Shown: positions 58,964 through 64,000 of the stretch, one piece after another | How positions within the stretch are numbered: the stretch's first letter is position 1 | Layout: every line of letters begins with the position of its first letter | The notes under the pieces: generated by a model | What the model saw: only the letters and a program-made list of their open reading frames with translations | The model's database searches: none | Told to the model about the DNA's origin: nothing | Translations under genes and position numbers: made by a program | Assembly (NCBI RefSeq): GCF_022846255.1 | Contig: NZ_AP025682.1 | DNA from: Escherichia coli | Lineage (GTDB): Bacteria > Pseudomonadota > Gammaproteobacteria > Enterobacterales > Enterobacteriaceae | Direction: 5' to 3' (one strand) | DNA: 64,000 nt

Positions 58964-60246
58964 AAAACGGTCACTCCTTTCATGCCATCCTTGATCAGAT
59001 TGATGAAGCCCACTTTCTTGCCGTGGCGGAGGATTTTCTTGCGCATCAGTTCCGGCGCACTGCCGTCAATGGTGAACAGGTCACGCGCCACGCCCACCGC
59101 CAGTTCCGGGTAGCCGCTAAACATGCGTGGGTTATCAAGGAACGCCGGTAGTTTCTGGTACATGCGCATATCGCGCAGCGGGCCACTCTCAAGATGCTGA
59201 CGATATTCCGCGAGTTTTTGCTTACTGAAATCGTCGCTTTTCATCGCTGAAAGCACAGTTTTTGCTGCTGCTTCCCCGGCGGCAATCGCCAGATCCATAC
59301 CGCGAATGGTAAAACCGAGGTTCATACACATTCCGGCAGCATCACCGGCAATCAATACGCCGTCACCAACCAACTCCGGCAGCATGTTGATACCTGCTTC
59401 CGGCACTACGTGAGCGGAATATTCCACCAGCTTGCCGCCCGCGATCAGCGGTGCAACGGCCGGATGTTGTTTGAAATCTTCCAGCATTTGCGGCACCGAT
59501 TTTTTTGCGTCATGCAGATGATGCAAACCACAAACCAGCCCCAGCGACAGGGTATTTTCATTGGTATAAAGGAAGCCACCGCCCATCAGGCCATCGGTGG
59601 GTGATCCCGCAAACAGGCAAGCCGCGCCCTGATTACCCTGCAACTGAAAACGGTCTTCGATAACCGACTTCGGTAACTCGATCAGTTCCTTCACGCCAAC
59701 CGCCACATCCGTCGGTTTAACGCGTTTTGCCATCCCCAGCTTTTCGGCAAGGATGGAATTCACCCCATCAGCAAGGATCACCGTTTTCGCTTCAATCACA
59801 TCGCCATCGGCTTCTACACCGACGACTTTGCCATCGCGCTGTACGAGGTTATCGACGCGGATCCCGGTAATTAACTGCGCGCCCGCTTCTTCGGCCTGCT
59901 CCATCAGCCAGGCATCAAATTTACTGCGCAAAACGGAGTAAGAACGCTGGGATGGCGAGGTTTCGTCGCCGTTGCAGTAGTCCATAGTCATCGCTGACTT
60001 CTCCGTCATAAACGCAAGTTTTTCATGGGTGATCAGGCGTTCTACGGGGGCGGAGTCAGCGAAACCAGGAATAATGTGTTCCAGACTGTGGGCATAGAGA
60101 CGCCCGCCGGTGACGTTCTTGGCACCTGCGGAATTGCCTCGCTCGATAACTAACACTTGCGCACCTTCGCGGGCGAGCACCAGTGCGGCAACCGAACCGG
60201 CAAGCCCTGCACCGACGATGATGGCGTCAAAGATATCTTCGGACAT
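58960..60246 (-). CDS. fixC: Electron-transfer flavoprotein-quinone oxidoreductase FixC
   Basis: Track ORF, 428 aa, FAD-binding GxGxxG at N-terminus. Confidence 0.95.
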   Translation of the reverse strand: MSEDIFDAIIVGAGLAGSVAALVLAREGAQVLVIERGNSAGAKNVTGGRLYAHSLEHIIPGFADSAPVERLITHEKLAFMTEKSAMTMDYCNGDETSPSQRSYSVLRSKFDAWLMEQAEEAGAQLITGIRVDNLVQRDGKVVGVEADGDVIEAKTVILADGVNSILAEKLGMAKRVKPTDVAVGVKELIELPKSVIEDRFQLQGNQGAACLFAGSPTDGLMGGGFLYTNENTLSLGLVCGLHHLHDAKKSVPQMLEDFKQHPAVAPLIAGGKLVEYSAHVVPEAGINMLPELVGDGVLIAGDAAGMCMNLGFTIRGMDLAIAAGEAAAKTVLSAMKSDDFSKQKLAEYRQHLESGPLRDMRMYQKLPAFLDNPRMFSGYPELAVGVARDLFTIDGSAPELMRKKILRHGKKVGFINLIKDGMKGVTVL

Positions 60247-60296
60247 AAGAGCTCCCTGTCAGCGGCAGGGCCAAAATGCAGCCCTACCAGAGTGGA

Positions 60297-61238
60297 TCAA
60301 CGCGCTAAAGCTGCGGTCAGTGCCGGAAGGATCTTCACGGCGTCGCCAACAATGCCGTAATCCGCGAACTGGAAGATCGGCGCATTTTTATCTTTGTTGA
60401 TGGCGAAAATGGTTTGCGACGCATTAGCGCCAACCATGTGCTGGATCTGCCCGGAGATCCCCACCGCCAGGTACAGTTCAGGTTTCAGCATCAGGTTGGA
60501 GATACCGACATAGCGTTCGTGCTCCATCCATTTTTCGTTTTCCGCCACCGGACGAGAACAGGCCAACTCCGCACCTATCGCCTTGCAAAGCTGTTCTGCC
60601 AGCGCAATGTTCTCTTTGCTGCCAATACCGCGACCAACGCTGACCACCAGGCGGGCTTTGTCGAGATCGACGCTGTTGCTCTGACGCGCCTGGGTTGCCG
60701 TGCGGGTAATCGCCACAGCCGGAGCCTGCCACTCCACGGTGTGCGTTTCGCCAGTGCGTGACGCGTCTGGCTGAGCCGCATCGAACGTGCCGCTGCTGAT
60801 GGTCAGTACCGCATACGGCGTGGCAATGCGTTCTTCGCCAATCGCCAGACCGCCGTAAACCATGTGTTTCACTGTCGCTTTACCGTCCTGCACGCTAACA
60901 GCGCTGGCATCGTTAGACACCGCCGCGTTAAGGCGGTAACCCAGTTTCGCCGCCAGTAATTTGCCGCGACGGGTGTTTGGCAACAGCACCAGACCGTCTG
61001 CGCCGTGCTGGCGAATAGTGTCAGCCATGACACCGGCGTAATCTTCGATCATCCGCTCGTCCGGTTTGCCGCTTAATTTCCAGACATGATTAGCGCCGAG
61101 CTGGATTGCCTGTGTGCCGTCGGCATCATTGAGGACGAACGTGTTGATTTGATTAGCTAAAGCCTGCACACCGTTCATCAGTTCCGGCAGACGAGAAGGG
61201 GTATCGCTGAATACCCAGACTTGAGAAAACGTGTTCAT
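60297..61238 (-). CDS. fixB: Electron transfer flavoprotein alpha-subunit homolog FixB
   Basis: Track ORF, 313 aa, [24 protein letters not shown]... Confidence 0.95.
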   Translation of the reverse strand: MNTFSQVWVFSDTPSRLPELMNGVQALANQINTFVLNDADGTQAIQLGANHVWKLSGKPDERMIEDYAGVMADTIRQHGADGLVLLPNTRRGKLLAAKLGYRLNAAVSNDASAVSVQDGKATVKHMVYGGLAIGEERIATPYAVLTISSGTFDAAQPDASRTGETHTVEWQAPAVAITRTATQARQSNSVDLDKARLVVSVGRGIGSKENIALAEQLCKAIGAELACSRPVAENEKWMEHERYVGISNLMLKPELYLAVGISGQIQHMVGANASQTIFAINKDKNAPIFQFADYGIVGDAVKILPALTAALAR

Positions 61239-61252
61239 AGCATCCCCTGTAA

Positions 61253-62023
61253 TTAAATGACTTTGCGAAGATTTTCAGCAAATGCGGCGATCTGTTCTTC
61301 GCCGTCGCCTTCAATCACGATGCGCTGACGCTCGCGCTGTTTCGGCGCGGCAACCTGTTGTTCTGACCAGGCTGCCTCTGCGTTAAAACCGATATCCGCC
61401 GCCGACCATACCTGGACTGGCTTTTTCGCCGCGCCGAGAATGGCTTTCATCGAAGGAATTTGTGGGGAGTTGATATCAGTGGAAACAGCAACAACCGCAG
61501 GCAGCGGAATGCTTAACGTTTCTGTTTCATCTTCCAGTTCGCGCTCAACGGTGAGGGTATCTGCCGTCAGGGAGATAATTTTGCTGACGCCGTTAACTGC
61601 CGGAATATTGAGGATTTCGCCTACCAGCAAACCAACCTGCTGGGCATAAAGGTCGGAAGAACCATCGCCACAGAGGATCAAATCAAAGCCTGCTTTCTGG
61701 GCGGCTGCAGCCAGTGCGCTCGCCGTTTGTTGCGGCAGTGCCTGCTCGAACTGGTCATCAATCACCACAATCAGTTCATCCGGACCGCGCGATAGCACAT
61801 CTTTACGCCCTTTGGCGTTGGTCAGGGCTTTACCGCCCACACTTAAGGCCGTCACCTGCGCCTCTGCTGCCTGTTGCTTTAGCTGGCAAGCCGCTTCAAT
61901 AGCGTTGAGATCGTATTGGCTTATTTTGGCATCGGCTTTGCTGAAGTCTAACGAACCATCAGCATTATTGACCGCAATATCCTGTTCATCAGGCACGCAC
62001 TTATAGCAAGTAATAATCTTCAT
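61253..62023 (-). CDS. fixA: Electron transfer flavoprotein beta-subunit homolog FixA
   Basis: Track ORF 61253..62086 trimmed to [25 protein letters not shown]... (256 aa). Confidence 0.93.
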   Translation of the reverse strand: MKIITCYKCVPDEQDIAVNNADGSLDFSKADAKISQYDLNAIEAACQLKQQAAEAQVTALSVGGKALTNAKGRKDVLSRGPDELIVVIDDQFEQALPQQTASALAAAAQKAGFDLILCGDGSSDLYAQQVGLLVGEILNIPAVNGVSKIISLTADTLTVERELEDETETLSIPLPAVVAVSTDINSPQIPSMKAILGAAKKPVQVWSAADIGFNAEAAWSEQQVAAPKQRERQRIVIEGDGEEQIAAFAENLRKVI

Positions 62024-62115
62024 TGCATCTCCAGAAATCATGAAGGAAACGTCGTTCATATCGGTGGTGTTAATTACAGATATCACGCCCTTTAATTTGG
62101 AAATAAAACTTTAAT

Positions 62116-62245
62116 CACCAATATTGAAAATGTCACACGCAGATAAATCCAACTTTCAATATTGTTAAGCTCCTCACCAATATTGAAAACATGGCGTAAA
62201 AAAAAGAAATTTTCAATATTGTTTTATGGATCACCAATATTGAAA
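62116..62245. promoter_or_regulatory. Five copies of the palindromic octamer CAATATTG in the fixA-caiT divergent control region
   Basis: CACCAATATTGAAA at about 62116, 62175, 62232 and TTTCAATATTGTT at about 62154, 62211; AT-rich intergenic region between divergent operons. Confidence 0.6.
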
Positions 62246-62492
62246 GTCAGATGCTATTTTTTTACTCACAACAGAGCATAACAAAATGATTAATAATCAA
62301 AATTAACGAAAAAATGCCCTCTATTCACCCGAAACAAAAATGTGATAACAATCACAGAATGCAGCTTATTGAATACCCATTATGAGTTAGCCATTAACGC
62401 GTCCACGAGGTTAATAATAATTATATTAAATGTTAACAAAAATAAAACAAACGGGAACGCAAAATAAATATTCGTTTTCACAGTGGAATTAA

Positions 62493-64000
<1,508 letters not shown>

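Noticed and set aside
62116-62245. Possible CRISPR array suggested by repeated motifs (also considered for 38526..38689)
   Set aside because: Repeats are short palindromes or REP units without uniform unique spacers and there are no cas genes nearby; interpreted as operator sites and BIME elements

Overview
This window reads as a contiguous piece of an Escherichia coli-type chromosome, reverse-complemented relative to the usual K-12 orientation. Gene identities come from reading the supplied translations against protein sequences I recall; no database search was run. Manually placed non-CDS coordinates are approximate (about +/-2 nt); CDS coordinates follow the ORF track, with starts trimmed where the track over-extends. 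Gene order: ftsA' - ftsQ - ddlB - murC - murG - ftsW - murD - mraY - murF - murE - ftsI - ftsL - rsmH - mraZ - cra - ilvH - ilvI - leuO - leuL/leuABCD - sgrS/sgrT - sgrR - thiBPQ - yabI - [1.8-kb insertion] - araC - araBAD - polB - rapA - rluA - djlA - lptD - surA - pdxA - rsmA - apaG - apaH - ccdBA - folA - kefC - kefF - yaaU - fixXCBA - caiT'. Almost all of it is core housekeeping DNA. Three places depart from the K-12 arrangement as I remember it: (1) a roughly 1.8-kb AT-rich insertion between araC and yabI carrying a two-gene operon of unknown function, which displaces the last codons of araC and is the best candidate for an undescribed system; (2) a chromosomal ccdAB toxin-antitoxin pair between folA and apaH; (3) absence of setA between sgrS and leuD. 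No rRNA, tRNA, CRISPR array, IS element or prophage was seen.
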